Assembly (NCBI GenBank): GCA_008632985.1
Contig: QPGO01000257.1
Location: 1 to 64,000 of the forward strand
DNA from: Psammoneis japonica
Lineage: Eukaryota
Length of the DNA stretch: 64,000 nt
Direction of reading: 5' to 3'
In this document: one piece after another, positions 1 to 14,609 of the stretch
How positions within the stretch are numbered: position 1 is the first letter of the stretch
Layout of the letters: every line of letters begins with the position of its first letter
The notes under the pieces: model-generated
Seen by the model: only the letters and a program-made list of their open reading frames with translations
Told to the model about the DNA's origin: nothing
Databases searched by the model: none
Translations under genes and position numbers: made by a program

Positions 1-3000
1 CAACGCAAACGTCAGTCCGGTGGTCATCTCTCTGTTCGCCGGGGGTGACTTGTGCAAGAAACCGCGATGTTGCAGCCATGTGTCCTCTCAGTCAACCAGA
101 TGTCAACCAAAGGCATGCCAACAACGAAAAGATCTACAACCCAGATTGCAACCCGCTGGCGCCAGTCTCCGACAAGAACCGTGTGGGGACTTTGCAGAGT
201 GCGCATGGGCTTTCCAGCAAATCATTCACATTGTGCCGCACACAGTGACGCCCTGTGTGGTCACACACAAAACTGCAAAATTTGGAAAGGTGCTTCCGGC
301 ACATGAGCTCCGCCGTGATTGCAGCGAACCAAGTTCGAGCAATGCCGGTGCATCCTTTGTCACCGAGGAACACGCGCTCGGGCTGTTTGCATTGCTCACA
401 CACACCAAGATGGAGGGCAACAATGCGGACACAAGGGTGCAATTGATGAATGTGAAAGACAACTGGAGCAGTCGGCAGAAGGGACTTTTCCTGACATGCA
501 CACTTCATGTGCTTTTGGATCAACAATGCAATTCTTTGAGGAAGATGGCAAATTTTGAATCCTTGCACAAAAGATTGCGAAACATCTTGTGCCAAACTTT
601 TGTCATTCAAAACGCAAATTTTGCCCCTTTCATGCACTGCAAGAACAAGACGACACGCAACAAATCTGTTCTTGTGTTGGAGTGCAAGCTGATGTCACAA
701 GCAATTGCAGCCATTCGGAACTCCTTCCTCAATGGACAGCACCGCGTGTTGGGCGTTGACCTGGCACTGATGCAGATGTTTCCCCCAAGGCAATTCAGTG
801 AGTTGTTGGGGAAAAAATTGAATTGTGAAGAACAAGCACTCATGGACAGGATGTCAAAGAGAGCACCATTGGCGATGTTGTCTCCGTGCGTTGAAGAAAA
901 CTCCGAACCATGCATCAAGCATGAATTGTTTGGGGAAAGAAGTTTGTTCCTTTGCAAAAGACACAGCGAGGTCATCCAAGCCGACACCACATCGGGTTCA
1001 AGGCGAAGCTTCAAGGACGTTTCAGTCAGTTTGCTCGACGACGCGCAACTGAACACGCACAAATGGATGTTGGGTGAGCTGCGATGCAGGAAGGTGGTCG
1101 CAGACGAGGAGGCGATGCAACCGAAGGAGAAAGGCAGTGACGGCGTCAAGCACATCGAAGCGCACGAAAAACTTGGGAAAATGGTGCTCAAGCATCTGTT
1201 CACCTCCGATTGCGAATCTGCAAAGGCCGTGGTTCAAAAGGCAAGGGAGGACACCAACAGGAACCTCGGGCTGGGTGGTGATGTCGACAAAGCAGGAAAG
1301 TTCGCCGATGCAATGACCCAAACCTTGTGTGAAAGGAAATGTCCCGGGTTGCACAACAGCACAAAGCCGACGAGAGAAAGGGCCGGCATTGCCGGACTGA
1401 TGATGTTGTTCACGAATTTTGTTTTTGACAGCCAGTCCACTGAGATGTTGAAACAAGTCATTAGAAGATCCCACCAATCTGAACCCACCCCACTGGAGGG
1501 ATTGCGATTTTCGTTTGCGACGGAATTTGGAGAAGGAGAAGATGGAAAAGTCCTTCGCGACTGCACAGTGCTGAACAATTTGGCTGAAAACGTGCAGGGA
1601 GAGGTGATGGGCCTGTCAACGGAGTTCCTGAAGGCGGAAACCGCTGACAATGATGGACACACGGCAAGACAATTCCTTGCTTTGGGATCCCACCATGGTT
1701 TCATTCTCGAGAAACGGTGCTTGACATTTGCTCAATCACTCCTTTCCCGCAACATTGCAGGGAACAAAAAGGGGCAAATTGTGTTCGGTGAGTGTCAGAG
1801 CAACGGAAACACATGACAAGTGAAAACCGCGAATTGTTTGGTCGTGTGCCTGATGACTAAATTTTTTTTCTTTTCTTTTTGAAGGGAATTTTTGCAAATC
1901 TCAACGAAACCAATGTTTCCAAGAGCGGTTTGCCCAAAGCCGCACTGTGTGTCTTTGATGTTTGCATCAAAACACAGGTCATCCTTGGTTTGACGATGAC
2001 AAAAATGGTGCAGTGCGGAAAAGGGAGGTGGACCGACAAAAACCTGCGTCCAAAGATGCTGGCCGGTGCCGGAAAGGCAACAATGGAGGCATTTTGTCAC
2101 TTCGGAGATGTGATCCCCGTCAACAAATGTTGGTTGGATGCTGGTGTAGAAAATCACAAAACGTTTCTTTTCGAGGCAATGCTTCCCGAAGAAATGTCTG
2201 GTCTCGACGATGACGAACAGGAGGCATTGAGCGAGGAGCCCTTTCATGAATTGATGTTTCGCGATGACACAAACTGTCCAGAGAAAGTCACAAACATGCC
2301 GCAGATGGTTGCGTTCATTTGCGAATGGTTGACAAAGAAGAAGAGCCTCAAACTGCTCTCTCTGATCGAACACCTGGAAGAGCCAGGGAACATTGTGGCC
2401 AACGAGGCAAACCAGAAAACAGTCTCCACCAAGACTTTGTTCCCAAATTTGAAATCGATCCAGTCGAGAAGGGCAGCGGTGAGTGTGACCGAGAAATCGA
2501 CACCACGTCGTCTCTGTGTCGCACGGTCTGTCCTCGTCGGCTTCGATTCTGCGGAATCGACACGCCATTGCACCGATTTGGTGTTGTCTGTCTGTGCATC
2601 GGATTGTTTGCAGGATCGGACACCAATGTGTCTGTTTTGCGGTCCCCGTCTAACCTGTTTGGTGATTGTTTCCACGCAGGAAATGAAAAGCATGCCAAGT
2701 TAACCTTGAAGGAATTGACTGAGGAGATTTGCATGGCAGGCATGAGCGATGTGTACGATGTGGCAGTTTCAGACGGAGTCGAGCTCAACCACCAAAGGCT
2801 GAAGAAATGGTTGGAAGAACCAAACAAGAGACTCATTGAGGTGGTGGGGAAATCAAAACAGAGCAAGAAAAGGAAACGGGATGATGAGGACGAGCCCAAC
2901 GAAGAAACTGCTGCAAAACCTGCCGAGAAAAGAAAACGCAAGAGAATGAAGTGGAACAAGAATTCCGAGATGCACAAGTCCGTCAGTGGTGCATTGGACA

Positions 3001-4819
3001 ACACCCTGGATGCAGACAACAGCCGACAGGAGGCTTTCGTGAAGTTGCAACAAGAGCACGTTAGGACCTGTCAAACACAGGCGGCTTTTGGAACAGCCCA
3101 TCTGCTGCCTGCAAAGCAACTCTAATCTGACAGTGAAGGATGTGAAGGAACAGATTCACTTCAGAGGATTGAACAGCGAAGACGAGGAGGACACTTTTGC
3201 ACCTGAAGAGCAGGAATCGGAGCAGACATTCAGAGTCACCTGCAAAAACTACGAAGACGCGATGAACCAAATGCGTGGCACATCTCCAAGGGTTGTCAAC
3301 TGCCGGAATTTCCAAGCTCTTTTTGATGAAGACACAGAGACAAAGAAACGATTTGAACATGAGTGCGACTTGATTCACAAGAACTTCAGCAAGGCAATGC
3401 CATGGGCACGCAACAACACAATGCGCAATGGATTCAAGAAGGAAAGACTGGAGAACGAGGACAAAATGAGAAAGACGATTTTGGAAGACAGAATGAAGGA
3501 AGAGAGCGAGAAAAGGAAGGCGAAAAAGAAAAAAAGCAGGCAAAGAAGGACGAAGCGGCGCGAGCAGAGGTCACAGCGGAGGGACAACAAGGGGGAGACG
3601 ACGACGAAGGGATGATGGACACCACCTTGGCAGACCTGCGGCACCAAGATGGGAGCACACAACAAGTGGGTGACGATGCAGCCGGCAAGCCCACAGTGGA
3701 ACATGACAAGGAAGCGGATGAGGAAGAGGAGAAGGAGGAGGAGGCACCAGAGCAGAAGGATGAGGAGGAATCAAGCGACAACAACGACAATGATGATGAT
3801 GACAAAGATGGAGATCACACCCCAGACAAAGACGGAGATGGCACAAACCCTCAAGATGAAGAAGAAAGGAAAGATCGTTCAGATGAGGGGGGCGATGGAG
3901 GCACCGGCCAGTCGCCAGATGACAAAGCGACTTCTGACAGAGACGGAATGTCAGAGGAGAACGACCATCAACAGGGGGGCAAGGAAATGACAAAGCAGAT
4001 GAAGAGGAACCGTCTGCTGCAAACCCTGAGCAACAGGTGGAAGAGGACGAACAAAACATGGATTTTGCTGGGAGTGACGCAGATTCGAAAGACGAACCCC
4101 TTGCAAGAGGGAGTGACAGTGACAGCAGTTGCTCCCTCCTGAATCGAATCAACCAAGTGCCGCGTTCTGCTGCAAGGAAAAGACAGCGGAGAATGGATCT
4201 GGTCTCCTCATCCTCTGAATCATCCTCTGAATCGGAGATTGACGAAGCAGATGATGACGACCCTTCAAGTGCTGTGGCTGCTGCCAAAGTTTCAGCCAAG
4301 ATGAAAACCCCGTCAAAAGTGTCTGAACCACCAAACAAGCATGGGAGCAAAAGAGTTTTTCGGAGAACTCCGGATCGTGAGACAAAAACAGACGCAAAGA
4401 AACGCAGGGCGAAGGCGCTGGCCGAAATGGAGGAAAGAAAGGAACAGGCAAGGAGGAAGAGAATTGAGGCAGACAAGAAAAGGGGGGGGAAGGCGGCTGC
4501 AAGAGCAACGGCAATGGAGGCAAAGAGAAAGTAAATGGAAAAAATGAAGAACGCCAGCAAGCCAAAGAAGGACACGCCGCCGACAGGAAGAATGACGGCA
4601 GAACAACCCCCACCCATCCAAACGAATTCGTCAAAGAAAAAAAAACGTGCAACTGCCCGCGGAACAAAAAACAACCAAAATGAAGTTCAGGCAGTTGGGC
4701 ACATGCATCGACCACAAAAATGTGTGCGGGGAGCATCGCAGTCTCAAAATTGCTGCATTGCTGTGAATCCCGCAACATTCATTGTCCACTTTTTGTTTTT
4801 AGGTTTGTGGCGATTTTAG
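1..4819 (+). pseudogene. Core gene, copy 1 (5'-partial, frameshifted); intron about 1788-1884
   Basis: Same protein as copy 2; GTGAGT donor, GACTAA branch-like site, pyrimidine tract and AG. Confidence 0.6.
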
Positions 4820-4881
4820 CATTCAGTTGCTTGTTTCAGGTGTTGCTTGTGGTCATGCTGTCAGTCACAACATGTGAAAAC

Positions 4882-5093
4882 GATGCTTGACTGATTCGAT
4901 GTGTGCAATGACTTGTCCTGAGTTCGACTGTGGATGAGAAATGGACACGGGTGCGCATCGATTTGGCATGGTCTGTCCTTCAACCGTGGCCACTTGGCAT
5001 CGATCAGGTGGGGTCTGTCATTCAACCGGAAGCGTTTCCCACCACCTCATAACCCAAACCCAAACCCTCCCATCCCAAATGCACCATGTGTAA
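4882..5093 (+). repeat. ~210-bp terminal module E (other copies: 14404-14609, 14687-14764 partial, 17838-18043, 18121-18332, 30072-30283, 38901-39049 partial, 51886-52204 with internal duplication)
   Basis: Contains a hairpin, two GGTCTGTC(C/A)TTCAACCG repeats, an (AAACCC)n tract and the fixed end. Confidence 0.85.
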
Positions 5094-8000
5094 TTTCACA
5101 GATTGCTTTTACAAAGTCAAGCTTTTCCTCGACATGCCAATGCAAAACTGCAGCGGGAGACTTCTTCCATCCGTTGTCACTGGTCTCTTTGTCGCCGAAA
5201 CACGTCTGCATCAAATCAGCTGTAAAAACAAAAAATCAAAAAAGACACTTAACGGTGAAAAACAACGCTTGTCAAAATGGGACCAGCTGTGGCTCCATTT
5301 GGCCACAGAGGCAAGTCATTGGCAAACGCATGTTTTACCTTCATGGGTGATGGGCTCCCTTCCTGACTTTGTGTGTGTTGACTGCGGGTTGAGATGAATG
5401 AATTCGTTAGCCTCGCCGACGGTGGTGGGGAACTGCAACAGAGACACGTGTCGAGTTGGCAATTTGAGTGTGACCGATCCCCTCTTCGCTGGCCTTTTGA
5501 CTGTTCTACAATGCCACTCCTTGTCGCACATTGAAACAACGATGGAGCAGAGCATTTGGATCATGTCTCGAGTTCGTTCATCGCTCATTTCACTCAGTTC
5601 ATCATTGTCGGGTGTGTCGAAAACAGACACAGAGAAGTTGTTGTCTGTTTCTTTTCCTTCACTGCAACAATGCAAAACACGCTTGATTCGAGCCAGGTTC
5701 TCTACACATTGTAGAGGACAAGTCATCTCACCCAAAAATGAGGCAGCTTTGATTCTCGAGTGCGGCTGGGAAGAGGTGGAGATCAAGCTCCTGCTCGATG
5801 TGGGGGCATTGGTGCTTTTCAAAGGCAACAGTGATGGGCGAACTCCATGGCCCAGCCCGGTCCACTGTTTCACTTGATCATTGATCTGCACACGCGACGC
5901 AACCGGGACATCGTAACATCCAACACCCCTTGTGCCCATGGCTGTGTCGAGGATGCGTGGTTTGAAAAATCGTGGGTTTGTCAGCATGACGGCATGCTCC
6001 GCTTTGGCACAACAAGCAGCTCTGACACTCGGTGACAACTGAGTTGCGTCGAGACGTTCGTTTTGCGGGTTGTTCTTTTGAAGGTCAACAAGCTTTTTCA
6101 AAGCTGGAAAACACCGATCCTTCGACTCCCTGCAGCAACGCAACAGATCTTGTTTCTCCACATGTCTCATGCAAGTCATTAGAAAGGGGGGATTGCACAC
6201 AGGCCACTGAGGTCTGGTTGCTGGTCGGCTCAGTTGTCTGCCTTGCTTGATGAAAGATTGTTCAATCATGAGTTCCATCAGGGGCCCAGTCACGTGAAAA
6301 CACCCTTCAAATCTTGCGGTGTTTCTGTCAAAGGCTTCAAGCTGTTCAATGATGCAACTGACGTGACCCTCCATTTCTTTTGTCAGCTGTGACAATTTGG
6401 CAGTGGCTTCTTGCAAACGATGGTCTCCACCCTTGCCCAGCAGAAGGTTTTCGACAACAGTGGGCAAACTGTTGATTTGTGATGCCCAATTCTGTCGCAC
6501 ATCTGACCTTGCACAGTGCCGGGGTCATCGGCATGTAATGCTGAGCACCGGCCAAGAGGAATTCCTCACGTGGGTTTTTTACAGTGACGATGAGACCCGT
6601 TTCCACAGATCATTTGACGCGAACAAGCACATGCCCGGTGGACACATTTCCAACGAGGTTGCGTGTGGCCATTTGTTGGAACTTGGTTCCAGACTTCCCT
6701 GTGCGTTCGGCATCTTCAATGATTGAAAGTCCATCCATGGGAGGAGGATGGCACGCCTCGTCATCTTCCGCCACACTGATGTCAGCGTTTTTGGGTTCGA
6801 CATCAAGAATCCCATCCAACTGCATCTGGTTGAGGAAGGCTGTTCGACGCTGAGCCAACGTTTGTGCACTCGGCCTTTGATTTCTGCATTCTGGAAGAAA
6901 AAATGGATGCAAACACATGGCTGGTTAAACAAACGAGTGCCATGTGGGACTGTTGACAGTCCCATTTGGGAAATGGTTATGAGCACAAACAATGGGCAAC
7001 AAATGCAGCAGGTTGTCACTGGTTGTGAGCACTGTCGATTTGGGACCAGAGTTGGTCCCATTTGGGAATGCTTGGACCGGTTGGGAAAAGGACATCACTC
7101 ACCACTCATTTTGCAATTCATCAAACTGTCAACACATCTGGTTGCACTGTCCATGTCGAGCACCAAAGATCCATCATCGGATGGAGCCATGTCCAGCCCA
7201 AAGTCAACGAACAGACATGTGTCATCGGCGAGAGGGAGCTGCTCCATGTCGACAATTTCTCCCAAACCACCTGACAAATCTGTCAAGTGATTTTTGCACT
7301 TCTGGACAAAAAGCGTTTCAGTTTCGTGCGCATCATTGTCGATCTTAAAGTTGGATCTGTGTTCACCCGCATGAGTGTCGCTGTCATTGCCGCCCTTGCC
7401 ATTTTCGTCGCGGTCATCCTCGCTGTCATTGCCGCCTTTGCCATTTTCGTCGATGTCATCATCGCTGTCATTGCCGCCCTTGCCATTGTTGTCGCTGTCT
7501 TCATCGGATTGATCGTTGTCAGGCACTCGTTGGTTTGATTCCGGCGACCACACCTTCTTGAAACTTGTCAACTGTGAGTGCATTGTCCTGACAATGTCAA
7601 AACACACATTGATCACCGCAATCATCTCATTGGCAAAGCATGCGTCATCTGGGATGCAGCTGCAACCGACAAAGTGAAAGCAAACAAACATCTCAACACC
7701 AGCCTTGCATGTTTTGATGGTTGCAATTTGAAGGCTTGGCATCCTTTCAAGAAGAACCTGATTGGGTGCCACACCGCGAACCCGAACGGGAAGATCAAAT
7801 TCATCTCCACAAATGGCAAAACGAGTCGATTTGGAATTGTGCACACGATCCGTAATTGAGTTGAAGTGGATTTCTGCTTTGCCATTGACGGCAAGCAGTC
7901 CCACCATTTCGGAGAGGTCCGGTGAAATCGAGCAAAAGGAGTTGGCACCAAAGTGTAAATCAACATCCATGCCCGGTTTGAGAACAGCCAAATCCAAGTC

Positions 8001-8144
8001 ATCGGTGACAGTTTGGAAATCTTCAGCTTCCACCTCCAATGGTGGCTGAATTTCCTGCAGATCATCTCCATCAGTTTCAAGGTTTCTAACGATGGTGAGG
8101 ACGTTTTGGCAAATTGCAAGTTTCCTTGCTGAGGTGCGCTCCAT
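5094..8144 (-). pseudogene. Left-hand gene paralog L1, unknown large protein ('GNxSTGH / GxQxY / RFE' family), 3'-truncated by the element terminus
   Basis: ORFs 7095-8276, 6610-6918, 6346-6606 and 5316-6500 align at the protein level with L2 (RFAICGDEFDLPVRVRG vs RFAVCGEPGDLPVRVRG). An intron at about 5338-5220 is followed by CFGDKETSDNGWKKSP. Confidence 0.65.
7377..7500 (-). repeat. 39-bp coding minisatellite in L1 (NGKGGNDS x3)
   Basis: Direct reading. Confidence 0.85.
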
Positions 8145-8148
8145 AAAA

Positions 8149-11100
8149 ATCCATTTGTCGAATGGGAAGGTCCGGTTTCTGGTTGGCCAAGTTGACATTA
8201 AAAAAAAAAAGCAGTCAGCAGGGGGCGTGAAATCGATGCGATCCCGCATCGATGTGGTCTTGGGCGAAATTTTCATTGCATCGAATCGGAGAGGATGTCA
8301 GTCACACAGCAAAGGAAACCAGTGCGTTGCTCAACGGAAAAGTGATGATGCACGCATTCATCAATTGACGAGTCAAATCACAGTTCACACGGGTTGCGTC
8401 CATCACGCGGGAAAAAGGCAACAAACACGAACAAAACAACGAAAATGAAACACAAAAAAGAAGACACAACACCATGAATGTGCCGAGCTCGTCACTCACA
8501 GCACAAGACGATCCCGGCGGTGACCATCATTGTGCGCCAACAGGCACAACTGTGAAAACTTGCTGCAGGGGGGAGGACGGTGCCGATTGGGTGTTTGTGG
8601 ATGCCTTGCCTCATGAGTTTAAAGAAAACAAGGAAAAAGGGGGCACTCACAACGAAATCTGCGACTGGTGGAAGGAGGACGATCACCATGGCATTCGTTT
8701 GCGGTTAAACAAGAAATGGGTGGCCAAGGGCAAAATGCCAAACTGAAATGGTGAGCATGCGTTGATTCCCGGTTCCTGGTTCCATTGTTGAAGTTTGTGA
8801 CCATGCGTCACTGCATCCGGCATTGTAAAAGCGTCTGTCCGACGTTGCGTGTTACACGAGATGGAGACAATGCCGTCTCCATTTCACACGGTCTGTCCGT
8901 CACCAAGTTTGTTTGGAAAAATTGACACGTGCCCGCACCGACCATGCACCGGCGTGAGGATGTCTGTCTGACACAGCGTGTTGTGCAAAATGGAGACGAC
9001 GCCATCTCCATTTCTCACCAGGGCGACAAGAGTTGCCAAACAACATTTTGACCTTTTTTCCCTTGTGCAACCAACAGCAAACAGGCGTTGAGATTCCACG
9101 CAGCCGTCAGCAAGGACGACAGGGAAATGATGAAAGACCTGATCGGCGAAGAATGTGCAATTGGAAATTTGGTGGGAACCTTGATGTTGCAAGAGATGGG
9201 CAGTCCTGGGTGTGTGGCAGCAGCCCACAACAAAATCACACCGATTGATGAAGAATTGACAGTGGAGCAGGTGCACACCATTTTCAGGGTCATTTGTGGC
9301 AAAGTGATCGTGAAGGACGCAACAGTGCCAAAGAATCCGATGGGGGATGTGAGATCAGATGATGAGTGCTTCAAGAAATTGGAGCCACCGTCATGTCCCC
9401 TGTCGAAAGGTGTCCCCTACAAACTGAAGGAATTCACCAACGAAGATTGGGAAAAACTGATGAACAAATGAAAGAACAACAGAGAAAAGGGGGCAGACAT
9501 GGGAGATTGCTTCGACAGGGTCAACGCAAACGTCAGTCCGGTGGTCATCTCTCTGTTCGCGGGGGTGACTTGTGCAAGAAACCGCGATGTTGCAGCCATG
9601 TGTCCTCTCAGTCAACCAGATGTCAACCAAAGGCATGCCAACAACGAAAAGATCTACAACCCAGATTGCAACCCGCTGGCGCCAGTCTCCGACAAGAACC
9701 GTGTGGGGACTTTGCAGAGTGCGCATGGGCTTTCCAGCAAATCATTCAACATTGTGCCGCACACAGTGACGCCCTGCGTGGTCACACACAAAACTGCAAA
9801 ATTTGGAAAGGTGCTTCCGGCACATGAGCTCCACCGTGATTGCAGCGAACCAAGTTCGAGCAATGCCGGCGCATCCTTTGTCACCGAGGAACACGCGCTC
9901 GGGCTGTTTGCATTGCTCACACACGCCAAGATGGAGGGCGACAATGCGGACACAAGGGTGCAATTGATGAATGTGAAAGACAACTGGAGCAGTCGGCAGA
10001 AGGGACTTTTCCTGACATGCACACTTCATGTGCTTTTGGATCAACAATGCAACTCTTTGAGGAAGATGGCAAATTTTGAATCCTTGCACAAAAGATTGCG
10101 AAACATCTTGTGCCAAACTTTTGTCATTCAAAATGCAAATTTTGCCCCTTTCATGCACTGCAAGAACAAGACGACACGCAACAAATCTATTCTTGTGTTG
10201 GAGTGCAAGCTGATGTCACAAGCAATTGCAGCCATTCGGAACTCCTTCCTCGATGGACAGCACCGCGTGTTGGGCGTTGACCTGGCACTGATGCAGATGT
10301 TTCCCCCAAGGCAATTCAGTGAGTTGTTGGGGAAAAAATTGAATTGTGAAGAACAAGCACTCATGGACAGGATGTCGAAGAGAGCGCCATTGGCAATGTT
10401 GTCTCCGTGCGTTGAAGAAAACTCCGAACCGCACATCAAGCATGAATTGTTTGGGGAAAGAAGTTTGTTCCTTTGCAAAAGACACAGCGAGGTCATCCAA
10501 GCCGACACCACATCGGGTTCAAGGCGAAGCTTTAAGGACGTTTCAGTCAGTTTGCTCGACGACGCGCAACTGAACACGCACAAATGGATGTTGGGTGAGC
10601 TGCGATGCAGGAAGGTGGTCGCAGACGAGGAGGCGATGCAACCAAAGGAGAAAGGCAGTGACGGCGTCAAGCACATCGAAGCGCACGAAAAACTCAGGAA
10701 AATGGTGCTCAAGCATCTGTTCACTTCCGATTGCGAATCTGCAAAGGCCGTGGTTCAAAAGGCAAGGGAGGACACCAACAGGAACCTCGGGCTGGGTGGT
10801 GATGTCGACGAAGCAGGAAAGTTCGCCGATGCAATGACCCAAACCTTGCGTGAAAGGAAATGTCCCGGGTTGCAAACAGCACAAAGCCGACGAGAGAAAG
10901 GGCCGGCATTGCCGGACTGATGATGTTGTTCACGAATTTTGTTTTTGACAGCCAGTCCGCTGAAATGTTGAAACAAGTCATTGGAAGATCCCACCAATCT
11001 GAACCCACCCTGCCGGAGGGATTGCGATTTTCGTTTGCGACGGAATTTGGAGAAGGAGAAGATGGAAAAGTCCTTCGCGACTGCACAGTGCTGAACAATT

Positions 11101-14100
11101 TGGCTGAAAACGTGCAGGGAGAGGTGATGGGCCTGTCAACGGAGTTCCTGAAGGCGGAAACCGCTGACAATGATGGACACACGGCAAGACAATTCCTTGC
11201 TTTGGGATCCCACCATGATTTCATTCTCGAGAAACGGTGCTTGACATTTGCTCAATCACTCCTTTCCCGCAACATTGCAGGGAACGAAAAGGGGCAAATT
11301 GCATCGGTGAGTGTCAGAGCAACGGAAACACATGACAAGTGAAAACCGCGAATTGTTTGGTCGTGTGCCTGATGACCAAATTTTTTTCTTTTCTTTTTGA
11401 AGGGAATTTTTGCAAATCTCAACGAAACCGATGTTTCCAAGAGCGGTTTGCCCAAAGCCGCACTGTGTGTCTTTGATGTTTGCATCAAAACACAGGTCAT
11501 CCTTGGTTTGACGATGACAAAAATGGTGCAGTGCGGAAAAGGGAGGTGGGCCGACAAAAACCTGCGTCCAAAGATGCTGGCCGGTGCCGGAAAGGCAACA
11601 ATGGAGGCATTTTGTCACTTCGGAGATGTGATCCCCGTCAACAAATGTTGGTTGGATGCTGGTGTAGAAAATCACAAAACGTTTCTTTTCGAGGCAATGC
11701 TTCCCGAAGAAACGTCTGGTCTCGACGATGACGAACAGGAGGCATTGAGCGAGGAGCCCTTTCATGAATTGATGTTTCGCGATGACACAAACTGTCCAGA
11801 GAAAGTCACAAACATGCCGCAGATGGTTGCATTCATTTGCGAATGGTTGACAAAGAAGAAGAGCCTCAAACTGCTCTCTCTGATCGAACACCTGGAAGAG
11901 CCAGGGAACATTGTGGCCAACGAGGCAAACCAGAAAACAGTCTCCACCGAAGACTTTGTTCCCAAATTTGAAATCGATCCAGTCGAGAAGGGCAGCGGTG
12001 AGTGTGGCCGAGAAATCGACACCACGTCGTCTCTACATCGCATGGTCTGTCCTCGTCGGCTTCGATTCTGCGGAGTCGATGCGCCATTGCACCGATTTGG
12101 TGTTGTCTGTCTGTGCATCGGATTGTTTGCAGGATCGGAGCACCAATGTGTCCATTTTGCGGTCCCCGTCCAACCTGTTTGGTGATTGTTTCCACGCAGG
12201 AAATGCAAAGCATGCCAAGCTGACCTTGAAGGAATTGATTGAGGAGATTTGCATGGCAGGCATGAGCGATGTGTGCGATGTGGCAGTTTCAGACGGAGTC
12301 GAGCTCAACCACCAAAGGCTGAAGAAATGGTTGGAAGAACCAAACAAGAGACTCATTGAGGTGGTGGGGAAATCGAAACAGAGCAAGAAAAGGAAACGGG
12401 ACGATGAGGACGAGCCCAACGAAGAAACTGCTGCAAAACCTGCCGCAAAAAGAAAACGCAAGAGAATGAAGTGGAACAAGAATTCCGAGATGCACAAGTC
12501 TGTCAGTGGCGCATTGGACAACACCCTGGACGCAGACGACAGCCAACAGGAGGCTTTCGTGAAGTTGCAACAAGAGCACGTTAGGACCTGTCAAACACAG
12601 GCGGCTCTTGGAACAGCTGTCTGCTGCCTGCAAAGCAACTCTGATCTGACAGTGAAGGATGTGAAGGAACAGATTCACTTCAGAGGATTGAACAGCGAAG
12701 ACAAGGAGGACACTTTTGCACCTGAAGAGCAGGAATCGGAGCAGACATTCGGAGTCACCTGTGAAAACTACGAAGACACGATGAACCGAAGCGCGTGGCA
12801 CATCTCCAAGGGTTGTCAACTGCCGGAATTTCCAAGCTCTTTTTGATGAAGACACAGAGACAAAGAAACGATTTGAGCATGAGTGCGACTTGATTCACAA
12901 GAACTTCAGCAAGGCAATGCCATGGGCGTGCAACAACACAGCGCGCAATGGATTCAAGAAGGAAAGACTGGAGAACGAGGACAAAATGAGAAAGACGATT
13001 TTGGAAGACAGAATGAAGGAAGAGAGCGAGAAAAGGAAGGCGAAAAAGAAAAAAAAGCAGGCAAAGAAGGACGAAGCGGCGCGAGCAGAGGTCACAGCGG
13101 AGGGACAACAAGGGGGAGACGACGACAAAGGGATGATGGACACCACCTTGGCAGACCTGCGGCACCAAGATGGGAGCACACAACAAGTGGGCGACGATGC
13201 AGCCGGCAAGCCCACAGTGGAACATGACAAGGAAGCGGGTGAGGAAGAGGAGAAGGAGGAGGAGGCACAAGAGCAGAAGGATGAGGAGGAATCAAGCGAC
13301 AACAACGACAATGATGATGATGACAAAGATGGAGATCACACCCCAGACAAAGACGGAGATGGCACAAACCCTCAAGATGAAGAAGAAAGGAAAGATCGTT
13401 CAGATGAGGGGGGCAATGGAGGCACCGGCCAGTCGCCAGATGACAAAGCGACTTCTGACAGAGACGGAATGTCAGAGGAGAACGACCATCAACAGGGGGG
13501 GCAAGGAAATGACAAAGCAGATGAAGAGGAACCGTCTGCTGCAAACCCTGAGCAACAGGTGGAAGAGGACGAACAAAACATGGATTTTGCTGGGAGTGAC
13601 GCAGATTCGAAAGACGAACCCCTTGCAAGCGGGAGTGACAGCGACAGCAGTTGCTCCCTCCTGAATCGAATCAACCAAGTGCTGCGTTCTGCTGCAAGGA
13701 AAAGACAGCGGAGAATGGATCTGGTCTCATCCTCCTCTGAGTCATCCTCTGAATCGGAGATTGACGCAGCAGATGATGACGACCCTTCAAGTGCTGTGGC
13801 TGCTGCCAAAGTTTCAGCCAAGATGAAAACCCCATCAAAAGTGTCCAAACCACCAAACAAGCATGGGAGCAAAAGAGTTTTTTGGAGAACTCCGGATCAT
13901 GAGACAAAAACAGACGCAAAGAAACGCAGGGCAAAGGCGCTGGCCGAAATGGAGGCAAGAAAGGAACAGGCAAGGAGGAAGAGAATTGAGGCAGACAAGA
14001 AAAGGGGGGGGAAGGCGGCTGCGAGAGCGACGGCAATGGAGGCAAAGAGAAAGGAAATGGAAAAAATGAAGAACGCCAGCAAGCCAAAGAAGGACACGCC

Positions 14101-14609
14101 GCCAACAGGAAGAATGACGGCAGAACAACCCCCACCCATCCAAATGAATTCGTCAAAGAAAAAAAAACGTGCAACTGCCCGCGGAACAAAAAACAACAAA
14201 AATGAAGTTCAGGCAGTTGGGCACATGCATTGACCACAAAAATGTGTGCGGGAAGCATCGCAGTCTCAAAATTGCTGCATTGCTGTGAATCCCGCAACAT
14301 TCATTGTCCACTTTTTGTTTTTGGGTTTGTGGTGATTTTAGCATTCAGTCACTTGTTTCAGGTGTTGCTTGCAGTCACGCTGTTGGTCACAACATGTGAA
14401 AACGATGCTTGACTGATTCGATGTGTGCAATGACTTGTCCTGAGTTCGACTGTGGATGAGAAATGGATGCGGGTGCGCATCAATTTGGCATGGTCTGTCC
14501 TTCAACCGTGGCCACTTGGCATCGATCAGGTGGGGTCTGTCATTCAACCGGAAGTGTTTCCCACCACCTCATAACCCAAACCCTCCCATCCCAAATGCAC
14601 CACATGCAA
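8149..14609 (+). mobile_element. Large repeated element, copy 2 core (~6.5 kb)
   Basis: Colinear with 24599-30283 and 32255-39049; same right terminus. Confidence 0.8.
8474..14233 (+). pseudogene. Core multi-exon gene of the element: large unknown protein with acidic and Lys-rich low-complexity C-terminus (copy 2)
   Basis: Consecutive ORF pieces (8474, 9088, 9499, 10860, 11397, 11911, 12890) join into one reading frame when the copies are compared. A GTGAGT...TTTTGAAG intron lies at about 11307-11402. No recognisable domain; start and first exons are uncertain. Confidence 0.6.

Larger units (their letters stand above)
1..5093 (+). mobile_element. Large repeated element, copy 1 (left part outside the window), ending at the conserved right terminus
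   Basis: Near-identical to 9522-14609; ends cccaaatgcaccatgtgtaa at 5093. Confidence 0.8.

Noticed and set aside
2420..3990. Programmed frameshifts in the core gene
   Set aside because: The indels differ between copies and often lie in homopolymers, which fits decay or sequencing error.
5049..5068. True telomere repeat in E (taacccaaacccaaaccct)
   Set aside because: The unit is AAACCC, not the CAACCC/TGACCC expected from mutated TAACCC; kept only as part of E.
4882..5093. Hammerhead ribozyme or Penelope pLTR in module E
   Set aside because: I found no CTGANGA...GAAA core on either strand and no RT or GIY-YIG ORF.
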